A DNA stretch of 64,000 bases from a virus (IMGVR_UViG_3300046779_002349:64001-128000), one strand, 5' to 3'; positions 9,994 through 19,871 are shown, counted from the first letter of the stretch. The notes: generated by a model from the letters alone, not told the origin. Translations and numbers: made by a program.

Positions 9994-10739
9994 TTAGGAG
10001 GTAATGTTGGAGGAGCTGGATTTTTTACTGAGTTAGCAAATTCCTGTTCTTTCTTAACGTCAGATTCTGCCTCCGCCATAAGGTCTCTATTCTTTCCTAA
10101 ACCGAACCAAGTTTTTGTCTGGAACATAGGAGGTTTTCCTTGGTTATTTAGTGCGGCTTGAGTCAGCTGGTAAGCTTGAGCGGGGGAGGTATTTCCTTGC
10201 TGAATTTGTCGAGCCGTTTGATATTTATTACCGTCCCAGCCTGTAAGGTTTCTGTACCCATGCATTCCTAATTCCGCTGCACCGCCGATCGTGCCCCCTA
10301 TAAGTGCTCCAGGAATAGCGCCGACAGCAGCTCCTATACCAGCTCCAGCTAATGTTAGGCTTCCTGCTTGTACAGTATCCCCTAATCTATTTAGTCCTCC
10401 AGATGTTCCTAAATAATTAGCAGCCCCTCTAAGTCCTTGCCCACTAAACGCTGTGTTGTGGTAGTCTTTCGCCATATCCGATCCAGAGCTATAAACTCCG
10501 TAACCAGCGCCTAGAGCTGCTACTCCTGGTAATACTCTACCGAAAACACGTCCTGCTGTTGATGTAACTGGAGCGATCATTTGCCGCATGTTATTAGGAG
10601 TTGAGTAATACCCAGTAACTCCAGCTATAGCAGTATCTCCAAGACCCCAACTTTGATCTGTATATGCTGGAGGTTGGTATTGTTGGTACGCTACCTTGTA
10701 AAGATTATGTGCTGTCTTAATTAGTTGGTGTTTTTGCAT
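9990..10739 (-). CDS. Gly/Ala-rich putative virion protein with hydrophobic helices
   Basis: N-terminal LIKTA/YKVA motifs; glycine-zipper AGAGIGAAVGAIPGALIGG. Confidence 0.5.
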   Translation of the reverse strand: MQKHQLIKTAHNLYKVAYQQYQPPAYTDQSWGLGDTAIAGVTGYYSTPNNMRQMIAPVTSTAGRVFGRVLPGVAALGAGYGVYSSGSDMAKDYHNTAFSGQGLRGAANYLGTSGGLNRLGDTVQAGSLTLAGAGIGAAVGAIPGALIGGTIGGAAELGMHGYRNLTGWDGNKYQTARQIQQGNTSPAQAYQLTQAALNNQGKPPMFQTKTWFGLGKNRDLMAEAESDVKKEQEFANSVKNPAPPTLPPK

Positions 10740-11155
10740 TATCCAATTTGTCCAAATCCGTTCATTACGTTAAGCGTAATCTTCCTTTGTCTAGCCTCCA
10801 TGTTAAATTCATTTTTTAGCTCCTGCTGTAGAGTGCTAATATACTGAATCTCTTTCTTGGCTGGACTTACTTGTACATTACCAGCAGCATAGTCAATGTC
10901 ATTACGCATGAGTTTAGCTTTTCTAGACAGTAGTAATTGTGCCGCTGTACCATATAGAAACAAATTTGTATCTGTGGGTAAATAATCTGGATCTACAGAT
11001 TCTACCCCTATAGGTGGTATCGCGTTATAGTCGCGAGCAGCACGAATCATAGCATCGACAATTTCGGCATCAGAAAATGTAAGATCAATAGAGATCTCGT
11101 TATCCTCTGGACCTCTGTCTAATAAGAAAAGTCTTATATCCTCAATGGTCAGCAT
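10739..11155 (-). CDS. putative head-tail adaptor
   Basis: 138 aa; IRLFLLD..FSDAEI..A pattern resembling gp6/gp15-type adaptors; downstream of the capsid gene. Confidence 0.55.
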   Translation of the reverse strand: MLTIEDIRLFLLDRGPEDNEISIDLTFSDAEIVDAMIRAARDYNAIPPIGVESVDPDYLPTDTNLFLYGTAAQLLLSRKAKLMRNDIDYAAGNVQVSPAKKEIQYISTLQQELKNEFNMEARQRKITLNVMNGFGQIG

Positions 11156-11160
11156 AATAA

Positions 11161-11964
11161 TTACTGCTTGTTCTCTTTAATTCTTTTTTCGATATCCGCG
11201 ATCCGTTGTGCTTCTTGCTCTCTTAAGGCTCTTTGTTCCTCTAGTTTTTTAGCTTGTTCCTGCAGAGTTTTCACTGGTTTGTTCTGCCAGGCTTGTGCAA
11301 CAGGTCCGATGATTGGGGTTTCATCCACCAAATCGGCAATAGCGTCTATACCTCCAGGATTGGTAATTCTTCTGTTGGCATCGTCATACTTACCTTGAGC
11401 CTCAGCTATCGCCCTATCGATCCTTCTTCTATTGGCTACAGCGCTACGCATAGCTCTTTGATCTGCGGCGTATTGCTGTGCGTCTTTAGGTACGGACACT
11501 GGGGCTACTGGGGATTGTTGCGGTTGAGGATTAAATGGGTCAGCTACTCTTGGTGCGTTCTCAGGAGTTCCCCATTGCGTATAAGATGGTGAACCAGCTA
11601 CGCTGCCTGTAGCAGGAGCTCCTTGCGAAGGGTCGTAAGTATTCGTGTAATCGGAAACGTATTTGTTTACGTCATTTAATTTATTGTTTAAGGCATTAAA
11701 ACCCGCATAAGCTCCGTATCCAGCGGCCCCAGTTCCGGCTAAACCCCAAAAAGCTTTAGTTTTAGCCAGGGTTTTTAATCCACGACCAGCGGAGCTAGTG
11801 CCTCCCCGCAACTTGCTTCCCAGCAACCTAGCTCCAGTGCCTGCCCATTGCCTAAAAGTTGGTATTGGTGCCGCTTGCTTTATTAGTAGCTCGTGGGCTT
11901 GTCTTGGAGACATGCCTACAGCTGCTGTAATCTCCGCAAATCCTTCTAAAAATTTCTTATCCAT
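11161..11964 (-). CDS. Gly/Ala-rich putative virion protein
   Basis: Start reassigned to MDKKF (11964) because the track start overlaps a promoter; LLIKQAA motif, hydrophobic helix and C-terminal coiled coil. Confidence 0.5.
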   Translation of the reverse strand: MDKKFLEGFAEITAAVGMSPRQAHELLIKQAAPIPTFRQWAGTGARLLGSKLRGGTSSAGRGLKTLAKTKAFWGLAGTGAAGYGAYAGFNALNNKLNDVNKYVSDYTNTYDPSQGAPATGSVAGSPSYTQWGTPENAPRVADPFNPQPQQSPVAPVSVPKDAQQYAADQRAMRSAVANRRRIDRAIAEAQGKYDDANRRITNPGGIDAIADLVDETPIIGPVAQAWQNKPVKTLQEQAKKLEEQRALREQEAQRIADIEKRIKENKQ

Positions 11965-11980
11965 AGCTTTAATTTTCCCA

Positions 11981-12009
11981 AGTGTAGCAGATATTTGAAA
12001 TCCATGCAA
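11981..12009 (-). promoter_or_regulatory. sigma70-like promoter
   Basis: TTGCAT-N17-TACACT immediately after a terminator. Confidence 0.55.
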
Positions 12010-12010
12010 T

Positions 12011-12042
12011 AAAAAACCCTAGAGGATTTCTCCTCTAGGGTT
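12011..12042 (-). terminator. intrinsic terminator after capsid gene
   Basis: aaccctagagga/tcctctagggtt hairpin plus T6. Confidence 0.85.
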
Positions 12043-12061
12043 GGGATAGTTTAATAACTAA

Positions 12062-13084
12062 TTAAGCGGGGACTGCTTCAACGTCCACAGTAACTTTGTT
12101 GACTGCGGCGAGGTTAGCAATCGAAACACCGATGATCTCTTCTGCGTACGAGCGAAGAATGTCTTTGTCGCGTTTCGAGTACAGAGTAGGCTCCTTGAGG
12201 TAGTAACCAACTCCGAGGAACTCAGGCTCGGCGAACTGATAGATTTCACCGTCAGCGATAAGACCATTCTTGATGGTGCGCAAGTGAGGAATACCCCACT
12301 GCGAATCCGAGAGAGCCGAAGGACCCTCTTTGCGGACTGCTTCTGCACCAGGACCGCCCCACGAATCGTGGTCAGCGATACCATACTCCGAGAACGTGCG
12401 GCGGTTCATCAACCAGATACCGTTGTTCAAAGAACGGTTCTCGAGGTGAGAGCGCAGATAGCGGGTGTGGTGAGCTCTATCGTGCAGCACGACAGGGCCT
12501 CCAGGGTCTGGCATGTCGGCTCCGCCTAGCGTGTAGTCGAAGTTTTGCTGATAACCAGCTTGGCCTACGTTCGTTGGTCCAGCGCTACCAACGATAGAGT
12601 CGGTGAGCCCAATGTACTTCTCGTCTTCGACAGTCTCCATGTCTTTAAGAGCGTTATCTACAGTGAACTTGGTCAAGTCAATCGACTTGCTCAAGCGCAG
12701 TTCGTGCACGTTCTTAACAAATTCTGGAGTGGCGATTTTGAAAAAGCCAGTCGCGAAACGGTGACCGCGATAGTAATGCGAGGTCGAGGTTGCGTTGAAA
12801 GGAACGCAAACAGCACCAGGTTGATCGGGCTCGATGTCGTCGATAACCAAGAGGTCTTCGTCGTTCGTGTCCAAGTTGCTGGTATTCTGCAGTTTAGCGT
12901 CAGGCACAGGCAGCAAAGGCTGGATTCTGCGCATGAAACCCGACTCCTTCAGGCGGCGACGGATGATACCCGTACCGATAGCCGAAGCCTTTTTGCTGAA
13001 CTCGCCGTCGTCACCAGAGGTGGCTGCGTCGAGCAGTTGTTGTGTCCAATCCGCACTTTCTTCAATCATGTCAATTTTACTCAT
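12062..13084 (-). CDS. major capsid protein
   Basis: 340 aa; last gene of the protease-scaffold-decoration block; visibly higher GC and biased codons; strong terminator; FSKKAS motif near the N-terminus. Confidence 0.7.
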   Translation of the reverse strand: MSKIDMIEESADWTQQLLDAATSGDDGEFSKKASAIGTGIIRRRLKESGFMRRIQPLLPVPDAKLQNTSNLDTNDEDLLVIDDIEPDQPGAVCVPFNATSTSHYYRGHRFATGFFKIATPEFVKNVHELRLSKSIDLTKFTVDNALKDMETVEDEKYIGLTDSIVGSAGPTNVGQAGYQQNFDYTLGGADMPDPGGPVVLHDRAHHTRYLRSHLENRSLNNGIWLMNRRTFSEYGIADHDSWGGPGAEAVRKEGPSALSDSQWGIPHLRTIKNGLIADGEIYQFAEPEFLGVGYYLKEPTLYSKRDKDILRSYAEEIIGVSIANLAAVNKVTVDVEAVPA

Positions 13085-13106
13085 ATTTTAAATTAAGTGG
13101 TTTGGG

Positions 13107-13649
13107 TTATGCGGTTAGTCCGCCAGACTGGGTCTCAAATGTGATTACGTTCGAATTTGCGGGAGTAGTCTCACTATTCTCATAGAACGTAGCACGGTTC
13201 GAGGATGGGTTAAGCTGCTTAGGAGCGTTGTTTCTGGTAACTCTACCCAAGATTGGCTGACCTGCGGGAGCGCCTGTAACAGGACGCACATTGCCAGTCA
13301 AGCCGTCAAAAGTAAGAAGAGTATCCGCAGTATATGTTCCTGCCGAAAAGTAGCCCGTTTGAATTTCATAGTCACCGGAGATAGAGATCCCAGTTAAACC
13401 ATTAGCTGCAACGACATCTGCCTCGGTAGAGTCCTGGAATGCGATGTAGGGAGCTCTTGCGGAAGTGCATCCGCGAACCCACTCATAAGTTGCGGCAGTC
13501 GGATTCCACACACGGGAAATCACCATACCGGAACGAATGTCTTCACCAGCCTTGACAGGATGAACCTGATGTAGCGTCGAAGTGCTGACCAGGTCCCAAC
13601 CCCGAAGGATTTGAACGCGTGGTTTTGCTCGATTTGTTCTAATAATCAT
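13107..13649 (-). CDS. putative capsid decoration/cement protein
   Basis: 180 aa, beta-rich (IRSGMVIS..YTADTLLT..G), immediately upstream of the capsid gene. Confidence 0.5.
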   Translation of the reverse strand: MIIRTNRAKPRVQILRGWDLVSTSTLHQVHPVKAGEDIRSGMVISRVWNPTAATYEWVRGCTSARAPYIAFQDSTEADVVAANGLTGISISGDYEIQTGYFSAGTYTADTLLTFDGLTGNVRPVTGAPAGQPILGRVTRNNAPKQLNPSSNRATFYENSETTPANSNVITFETQSGGLTA

Positions 13650-13679
13650 AGTTTATTTATTGTTTTGTTATTCGAATAC

Positions 13680-14102
13680 TCATTCGAAATTTTTATCAAT
13701 GAGAGCGATCCAAGGATTTGGCTCTACATTAGTCGAAGCTTGTTTTGTAACACCTTCGGAAAAAGATGAACCTTCGGAAAAGTTTTGCGTCAAAGCAGAA
13801 GCCAGTTTCTCCAATAGTACCGGAATTTCTTTGGGGTTATCCATGAGAGTCTGGTAAGCATGAACAGCTGTGCCTTGAGATAAGAAACCCGCTTGCTCAA
13901 GAGAAGTAGTAGCTGAGAGCATAGCGGCATCAAACTGAGCGGATGCTTTCTTCTCCAAGCTATTTGCTTGCACTTGAGTTTGCAGGTTTTTAATTTCAGA
14001 CTTCAACGCATCAATCTCTTCCATCAAAGATGCTTCTTTGATAATGGCTTCCTCTAGCTGCTCAGCTAAGTTAAGTGAGATTTCTGCGAAGTGATTAGTC
14101 AT
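13680..14102 (-). CDS. putative scaffold/core protein
   Basis: Coiled coil; four KxAS motifs (IKEAS, KKAS, EKLAS, TKQAS). Confidence 0.45.
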   Translation of the reverse strand: MTNHFAEISLNLAEQLEEAIIKEASLMEEIDALKSEIKNLQTQVQANSLEKKASAQFDAAMLSATTSLEQAGFLSQGTAVHAYQTLMDNPKEIPVLLEKLASALTQNFSEGSSFSEGVTKQASTNVEPNPWIALIDKNFE

Positions 14103-15121
14103 TATTTGTTAAGATAGTTCAGAATTTGATTTACGCGATTTGCGGAAGCTTCTTTTGGCATTTCTTCTGCTGGGATTTCTTCGCCGCCAGCAGGTGCTTC
14201 TCCACCAGCAGGCGCTTCCCCGCCCTGATCGGACAGGAGGGCTTCGGCAATCATCATTGCGTCTTCTTCCGAAATCTCGCCAGAAGCAACTGCTTGTTCC
14301 AGCAGCATCAAAATTTGCTCAATCGTTGGTTCACCATCGGCTCCTTCAAGAGCTGGCTCTCCACCTGCTTCTTCAGCAGCGGCCATTTCAGCAGCGTCTT
14401 CAACAGACTGATCGTAAGCGGCTTTCAGCAATTCACTGCCGAGTTGCTCGCGGTTCTGAATGTGCTGGGCGGCAGTTTTAAGCAAACGGTCAGCTTCCTC
14501 TTTAGACGAGGCGGATTTTACGATTTCAGCAATAGCGACTTCTGCTTGATATTGTTGTTCTGCAGCAGCGTGTGCGAGTTTCTCCATATAGACGGCTTCT
14601 GCTACTTGGTTTTCGTACTCGTCGCTAGCCTGCTTGAGAAGAGAGATAGCAGCTTCTTGTCCTGCTTTTTTACGGAGGACAGGGAGCACAGCGTCGATAC
14701 CTTCCTGAGTTTCAAAAATAGCCGAAGCCAATTTCATCAAAGCGTCGGGACCCATGTGCAATTGTTCAGTAGCTGCAGGGGCAACTTCAGCAGCGGGGGT
14801 GTCTACAGATTTGGCTTTTTTGCTAAGATTCTTAAGTTTGCTAATAGCCGCATCTACGCCGCTAGCAGCTTTAACTTGTTTATCTTCTGCATTACCATCT
14901 TTAGCAGTAGGGGCATTTTCTTCGCTCTTTGCTGGTTTGGTGGGAATGCCTGCCACTGCCTGAGGTGCTGGAGCGTTTTTCACATTGTTGACAGGATGAT
15001 CAGTTACATCTTTGCCAGGTGTTACTTTTCCTTTTTCAGTAGGGTCAGCTGGGGATAGGTCAGCTGCTTTCTTTTGAAAACCAGCCACTCTCTGCTTGAG
15101 GTCGTTTAGTTTGATTGCCAT
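14102..15121 (-). CDS. putative prohead scaffolding protein
   Basis: Ala/Glu-rich helical protein between protease and capsid genes with about 11 K-x-A motifs. Confidence 0.55.
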   Translation of the reverse strand: MAIKLNDLKQRVAGFQKKAADLSPADPTEKGKVTPGKDVTDHPVNNVKNAPAPQAVAGIPTKPAKSEENAPTAKDGNAEDKQVKAASGVDAAISKLKNLSKKAKSVDTPAAEVAPAATEQLHMGPDALMKLASAIFETQEGIDAVLPVLRKKAGQEAAISLLKQASDEYENQVAEAVYMEKLAHAAAEQQYQAEVAIAEIVKSASSKEEADRLLKTAAQHIQNREQLGSELLKAAYDQSVEDAAEMAAAEEAGGEPALEGADGEPTIEQILMLLEQAVASGEISEEDAMMIAEALLSDQGGEAPAGGEAPAGGEEIPAEEMPKEASANRVNQILNYLNK

Positions 15122-15138
15122 AATATTTACAGTTTTAA

Positions 15139-15167
15139 ATTGTATAAAATTTATTGTTGTTCGTCAA
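15139..15167 (-). promoter_or_regulatory. sigma70-like promoter for scaffold-capsid operon
   Basis: TTGACG-N17-TACAAT upstream of 15121. Confidence 0.65.
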
Positions 15168-15175
15168 TTTTTTTT

Positions 15176-16639
15176 TCAGGAAAACCGATTTAGAGCAACA
15201 GCATACGCCAAATCCGTATTTACTTCATTATTATCGCATAAATTACTTCCTTTGGCAATATTAAACATTGCATTTAATTGATATGCTAGATAAGTAGTTG
15301 CGTACTTATTTAACTTCTCTGACTTCGGCTCTGAAAACTCTCTATTTTTTGTACTACCTGCTTTGATAATAGTTACTACTACTCTCTTCTTAACGGGCTC
15401 TACTTTGCAGGAAAACTTTTCTGAAAGTTTTTCCATGACTTGATCAATTGCATCAGTACTACATGGGTCGGCGATTTCGCAAAGAGAATCACCTGGATCA
15501 AACATACTAATCAATTCTTCCAGTTCGTCGTTGCTACCTTGTTTTTGTAAGGTGGTGTAACCAAACGCAAGTTGTTCTTTTCCGCGAGCAACTTCCGAAT
15601 CCGCCTGGAGTTCCGGTATTGATTTTTCTGTGACATAACTTAGGAAAGAATAATAAGGAAGAATAGAAGCTGACTTTTTAAGTTTATAGAACAGTGTACC
15701 AGGATTGAGTTTGCTAATTTTAACAATCTCTTCTGGGGTTGCTTCATAACCTACTACGTTAGGCAATACGTTATTAATGTAATCTACTTCTGGACTAGAC
15801 GTATTAGTACTAGCACACTTATTAAAGTAACCTTCATGGGAAACCAACTTATTTAGCACGCCTTGATACTTAGTAGGAAACTCATTTATAGAAACTCCTT
15901 CGTATTCGGCCCAAGCTACACCTGGAATGATAATATTTGTAGAAGCTGCTTTTTTCAATTCGTCATCTCCAAATTTGTATTCAAGATAATGTGCAATACG
16001 GTCAGCAGGTCTTTTAACTCGAGAGATGTCAAAGAAGTTAGGTTCTCTGTTATAGGCGAAAGCATACTTTTCAAACTCAGGCATATACTTGCCCATATTG
16101 TTTTTCAAGTGATCACAATACTGGCTGAGATTCTTCGCTTTATTTCCGCAGATAGAACATTCGTCATTAGGTAATTTGCAGGACATAGAGAAGCTGAGTT
16201 CTGAACCTTGCTTGGCTAGTTCGTACTCTTCTTCTGCTTTTCTTTTATTACCCCAAACAAGAAGCTCTACTCTATCTGTCTTAGGGTGGTATGCACTAGC
16301 TTTAACCAAACCAATACCTTCGGTTTCTTGACAACGGTTTCTATGTTCTCTAAAGAAGCAACCGTTTTTTACGAATGTTGGATGGAACTTTTCTAATGAA
16401 TCGCTAGGGAACGCATCTCCATTTCTGTTGGGTAGATATGTAGGGTGTCCGCCCATAGCAATAAGATGGATCATAAAGTGATCATCGTCTGGAGTGTGCT
16501 GTGCTATAAGCTCTTTTGAGAAAGCTTCACTGGCGGAAGATTTTACCAACTGATTTGGATTAATAAACTGACTCATATAGCCAGCCGCTTGTCTCAAATC
16601 ATAGGCATCGTCTTGATATATAATTTTACTCAGGGACAT
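15176..16639 (-). CDS. prohead maturation protease
   Basis: NRNGDAF, FREH (candidate His), SFSMSC (candidate Ser), CSICG..CDH Zn-ribbon insert and FFDISRV.RPAD; upstream of scaffold and capsid. Confidence 0.65.
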   Translation of the reverse strand: MSLSKIIYQDDAYDLRQAAGYMSQFINPNQLVKSSASEAFSKELIAQHTPDDDHFMIHLIAMGGHPTYLPNRNGDAFPSDSLEKFHPTFVKNGCFFREHRNRCQETEGIGLVKASAYHPKTDRVELLVWGNKRKAEEEYELAKQGSELSFSMSCKLPNDECSICGNKAKNLSQYCDHLKNNMGKYMPEFEKYAFAYNREPNFFDISRVKRPADRIAHYLEYKFGDDELKKAASTNIIIPGVAWAEYEGVSINEFPTKYQGVLNKLVSHEGYFNKCASTNTSSPEVDYINNVLPNVVGYEATPEEIVKISKLNPGTLFYKLKKSASILPYYSFLSYVTEKSIPELQADSEVARGKEQLAFGYTTLQKQGSNDELEELISMFDPGDSLCEIADPCSTDAIDQVMEKLSEKFSCKVEPVKKRVVVTIIKAGSTKNREFSEPKSEKLNKYATTYLAYQLNAMFNIAKGSNLCDNNEVNTDLAYAVALNRFS

Positions 16640-17528
16640 CGACTGATGGGTTACTGGTTAGCATGGACATGGCTGCTTGAGCCATTTCTGGTGAAAGTAG
16701 GGCTGCGGCTAATGCGGCTGGTTTTGCTACTCTAGATATTCCTGTTCGACCAATTACTCGACCGCCGTGTACTCTCAAAGATTGTTTAAGTTTATCGAAC
16801 TTACTTCCACTAAAGTCTCCGGCTTCGATACCACCTCTTTGAAGCCTGCCTTTAAACCCTTCTCTTGCTGCAGAAAATACACTGTTTTCTAAATTTATTT
16901 TATCAGACTTTAATTCATTGAGTCTTGTCATCAGAGCAGCTTTTTCTGCAGCTAACATCTTTCCACTCTTTAACTTGTTTTGAATTGTATCTATTTCTGT
17001 AGCAATAGCAGAAAGTCCTGGAACCTTAGGCATATTCATTCTTGTGTGAATATCCAAAAATTCGTCAAGTTTATTTCCTCCTCCTTGCATACCCGCAATC
17101 TGGTCTCTAGTAAACTGCGTAGGGTTATTGCCAGGGTCAAAATTAAATAAAGACTTTAATTCTTTGTTGTCGGAACTTCTACCATGTCCGTAAAGACCAG
17201 CGGCAGCGGCAGCTCCTGCACCTACTCTGAGTGTGTTAGGATTGCCTACGAAAGAGGTTATTTTTTCTTCTGTAGCTACATCCTCTGCTGGCAGGGCAGT
17301 CTGAAAATTTTCTAGTGAGGAGTTAATTGCTTTATGCGCTCCTGCGGCTACAGCTCCTCCTCCCAGCACTATAGCTAATTTCTTAGCTAAATCCGATATT
17401 CGACTTTTCCTTGGGTCCCTTTTAAGTTGGGATACCGCCATTCCTGTAGCTAGCGCTCCAGCTCCTCCTGACAGTAGGTAAGGAGTTAGCTCGTTCATGT
17501 CTACTGCTAATTTTTCAAGTTGATTCAT
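16626..17528 (-). CDS. putative virion protein with hydrophobic helices
   Basis: Starts MNQLEKLA; several Gly/Ala-rich hydrophobic segments. Confidence 0.45.
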   Translation of the reverse strand: MNQLEKLAVDMNELTPYLLSGGAGALATGMAVSQLKRDPRKSRISDLAKKLAIVLGGGAVAAGAHKAINSSLENFQTALPAEDVATEEKITSFVGNPNTLRVGAGAAAAAGLYGHGRSSDNKELKSLFNFDPGNNPTQFTRDQIAGMQGGGNKLDEFLDIHTRMNMPKVPGLSAIATEIDTIQNKLKSGKMLAAEKAALMTRLNELKSDKINLENSVFSAAREGFKGRLQRGGIEAGDFSGSKFDKLKQSLRVHGGRVIGRTGISRVAKPAALAAALLSPEMAQAAMSMLTSNPSVDVPE

Positions 17529-17537
17529 AAATAAATA

Positions 17538-19214
17538 TTAACTATCGTAAATAGATTTTTGATTTGCCATTACGTCTTTGACTGTTTGGGCTCTATCCTT
17601 TTCGATGCCTGCCATTTGTCCATAACTATGAGGAGTAATTCCCTCATACTGCAGTGCCTCTCTGAGAGCAAATTTTGCAACATTCTTATCCTGCATCATC
17701 TTCGGATTAATTTGAGCCAGGGAATTATAAATACTCACTACGGTTCTCGGAGAATGGGCTGCAATAATTGGATCTTGCATAAGCTCGTGAATCGTGGCGG
17801 CTGTTGCTATGGAAGTCACTGTTTTGTCTACTGATGCATTAACGTATCCTCTGTCCCCCTTAGATGGTAGGGTTAGTAGCTTCTTAGCTCTATTCTCGTA
17901 AGTATCATCAATGAAAGACTTTAGCTGACTAGCAAGATCCTTGCTAGTTGCTCCCGCCGCGCTCTGCACTGGTTTAGATGCATTTTGAGCTCTTTGGTTT
18001 TCCATTAAATATGCCACTATCGATGCTGGGCTACCGGAAGGTAATTGTGTTGATTCCGTGTAATCCTCTACTGAAGCTGCTGGTTCCTCTGGAGACTCCG
18101 TAGGTGGTTCCTCGGAGGGACTTCCTGGTTCTTCGCTAGGTGTTTCTACAGGTGCTTCTGTAGTTGCTTCTGTATAATCTTCTGCAGGTGCTTCTGTATA
18201 CTCTTCTGCAGGTGCTTCTGCAGGTGCTTCTGTAGGTTCTGTGGGTGGCTCCTCTGCGGGGGGTGTTAAGCGTGTGTTTGTTTTTTCTTCCTTAGGAGAA
18301 TCTTTTTCTGCATCAACATTTTCGGAGTCTGGTTCCTTTTTCTTTTCTTTTTTAGATTTAGAGGACATCCCTGCCCACTGATTTAGTTGTGCGAGTTCAT
18401 CGTCGGTAATGTTTTTCCCACCAAGTCCAGCAATTCCAGAAGCTGCTCTCTTTTCGATTTCTTTGAGTTCTACTAAAATGTCTATCTTTTCTTGTATGTC
18501 TTCTACTTTGTCTAGAAAACCAGTTCTATCCATTACCACTTTAGAGCTAGCCAACTTTTCAAATTCTACAGTAGGATTGAAGCCGAAATAATTTACCGCT
18601 TTTCTGCAGAGGAACTCGATAGCATCTTTGTTTTGATTTTCCGATGCAAGTGAATCTGCGGCTAGCTTAGTGAAGAAAGCATTAGGTTCAATATTTTTCA
18701 AATAGAGTTGTTTATTAATATCATTCGCTTGCTTCATTAAGTCCTGTGTGAGCTCATGAATAATAGTAGGAACTTCTGAGATAAAGTTTAATTGATCCTG
18801 TTTAGCAGCATCTTTTACGTTTCTATGAATTGCATAAGCTAACTCGTGTTCTTGTGGGGCTGCTGCCGATTTTTCTAAAGTTTCTACATTGAAAAAATTT
18901 GGAAGATAACCTCCATTTTTTACATTACTTGATGCGGATTTTTCGATGGTCTTCTTAATGGGTGTGCTGTGATCGACATACTCGGCCATCAACTCATTGA
19001 TGTCTAGAAGAGTGTAGGAATCTCCACGGTTTGCGCTTTTTTCAAGATGCGACAAAGTTTTTGCGCTGTTGTACACTTGGCCTAGTCTCTCCAATTCGGC
19101 GGGAGAAAGGTTGTTTTCACTCGCGTATTTAATCAATGTCCCTTTAGGATCTTGGGACTCATTGATAGAAGGAGCAAGCCTCTCAATTAATTTTATAGCT
19201 GTAAAGTGTTCCAT
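17538..19214 (-). CDS. putative head core/structural protein
   Basis: At least 8 K-x-A motifs, a Pro/Glu-rich linker, located in the head module. Confidence 0.5.
   Translation of the reverse strand: MEHFTAIKLIERLAPSINESQDPKGTLIKYASENNLSPAELERLGQVYNSAKTLSHLEKSANRGDSYTLLDINELMAEYVDHSTPIKKTIEKSASSNVKNGGYLPNFFNVETLEKSAAAPQEHELAYAIHRNVKDAAKQDQLNFISEVPTIIHELTQDLMKQANDINKQLYLKNIEPNAFFTKLAADSLASENQNKDAIEFLCRKAVNYFGFNPTVEFEKLASSKVVMDRTGFLDKVEDIQEKIDILVELKEIEKRAASGIAGLGGKNITDDELAQLNQWAGMSSKSKKEKKKEPDSENVDAEKDSPKEEKTNTRLTPPAEEPPTEPTEAPAEAPAEEYTEAPAEDYTEATTEAPVETPSEEPGSPSEEPPTESPEEPAASVEDYTESTQLPSGSPASIVAYLMENQRAQNASKPVQSAAGATSKDLASQLKSFIDDTYENRAKKLLTLPSKGDRGYVNASVDKTVTSIATAATIHELMQDPIIAAHSPRTVVSIYNSLAQINPKMMQDKNVAKFALREALQYEGITPHSYGQMAGIEKDRAQTVKDVMANQKSIYDS
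18053..18262 (-). repeat. coding Pro/Glu/Ala/Thr tandem repeats
   Basis: Repeated caggtgcttctg units encoding EAPAE / E(E/D)YTE / EEPP. Confidence 0.8.
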
Positions 19215-19275
19215 ACTATTGGCCTAATTATACTTTATAACAAGTTAAACGAAAAGGATTTTCTGACTAATAGAT

Positions 19276-19334
19276 AAAAAAAAAGATTTAATTAAACCAC
19301 CTCAATACCGTGTTATGGGTATCGAGGTGGTTTA
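19276..19334 (-). terminator. terminator-like hairpin
   Basis: taaaccacctcaatacc/ggtatcgaggtggttta stem with a nearby T9 tract on the minus strand. Confidence 0.65.
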
Positions 19335-19340
19335 TTACGA

Positions 19341-19871
19341 TTATCCGTGTAGAGGTAAGTTTATAAAGAAATTATATTCTGGAAACTTTTTGCAGAGACG
19401 GTGGATTAGTCCGTTTACGCGAATTGCTTGATTTCTTGTATAATTTTTCTTTAGTCTTACTGGTTTCTTTTCTTCTCCAGGTTTACGGAAAAATACTACT
19501 ACATAGCGCGGTTCGATTTTACTACACTTTTTGATTTTTCCTTTCTCCATGTACAGTTCTATATTATAAGCTACCTTGTCTTTTAATCCTTTTAACTCTA
19601 TTACGTCGGAGTGCGTAACTAGAGTTTTTATCGTTTCAAAACATGACATAGGGTAGTAACCCGTTATTAGGTCTACGTCCTTAGGTTCAAAGAATTCAAA
19701 TACTGCTTGGTTCTGTAAAAAATATACTTGTCCGTCAGGAGCTACTTTAAAACTACAGTCTTCTCCATAAATCCCGTAGACAACTTGAAACATACTACCA
19801 AATTCTTCTGGATCGAAATTGTCCAGTTTGAATCGTTTTTCATCTTTCTTTACGAATGTTATGTGTGTCAT
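19341..19871 (-). CDS. hypothetical protein
   Basis: 176-aa ORF with ATGA overlap to thyX. Confidence 0.6.
   Translation of the reverse strand: MTHITFVKKDEKRFKLDNFDPEEFGSMFQVVYGIYGEDCSFKVAPDGQVYFLQNQAVFEFFEPKDVDLITGYYPMSCFETIKTLVTHSDVIELKGLKDKVAYNIELYMEKGKIKKCSKIEPRYVVVFFRKPGEEKKPVRLKKNYTRNQAIRVNGLIHRLCKKFPEYNFFINLPLHG

Noticed and set aside
14126-15058. 310-aa plus-strand ORF and the other plus-strand ORFs in the track
   Set aside because: Antisense shadows of biased minus-strand genes, with Phe/Ser-rich unnatural composition; all signals found are oriented on the minus strand.
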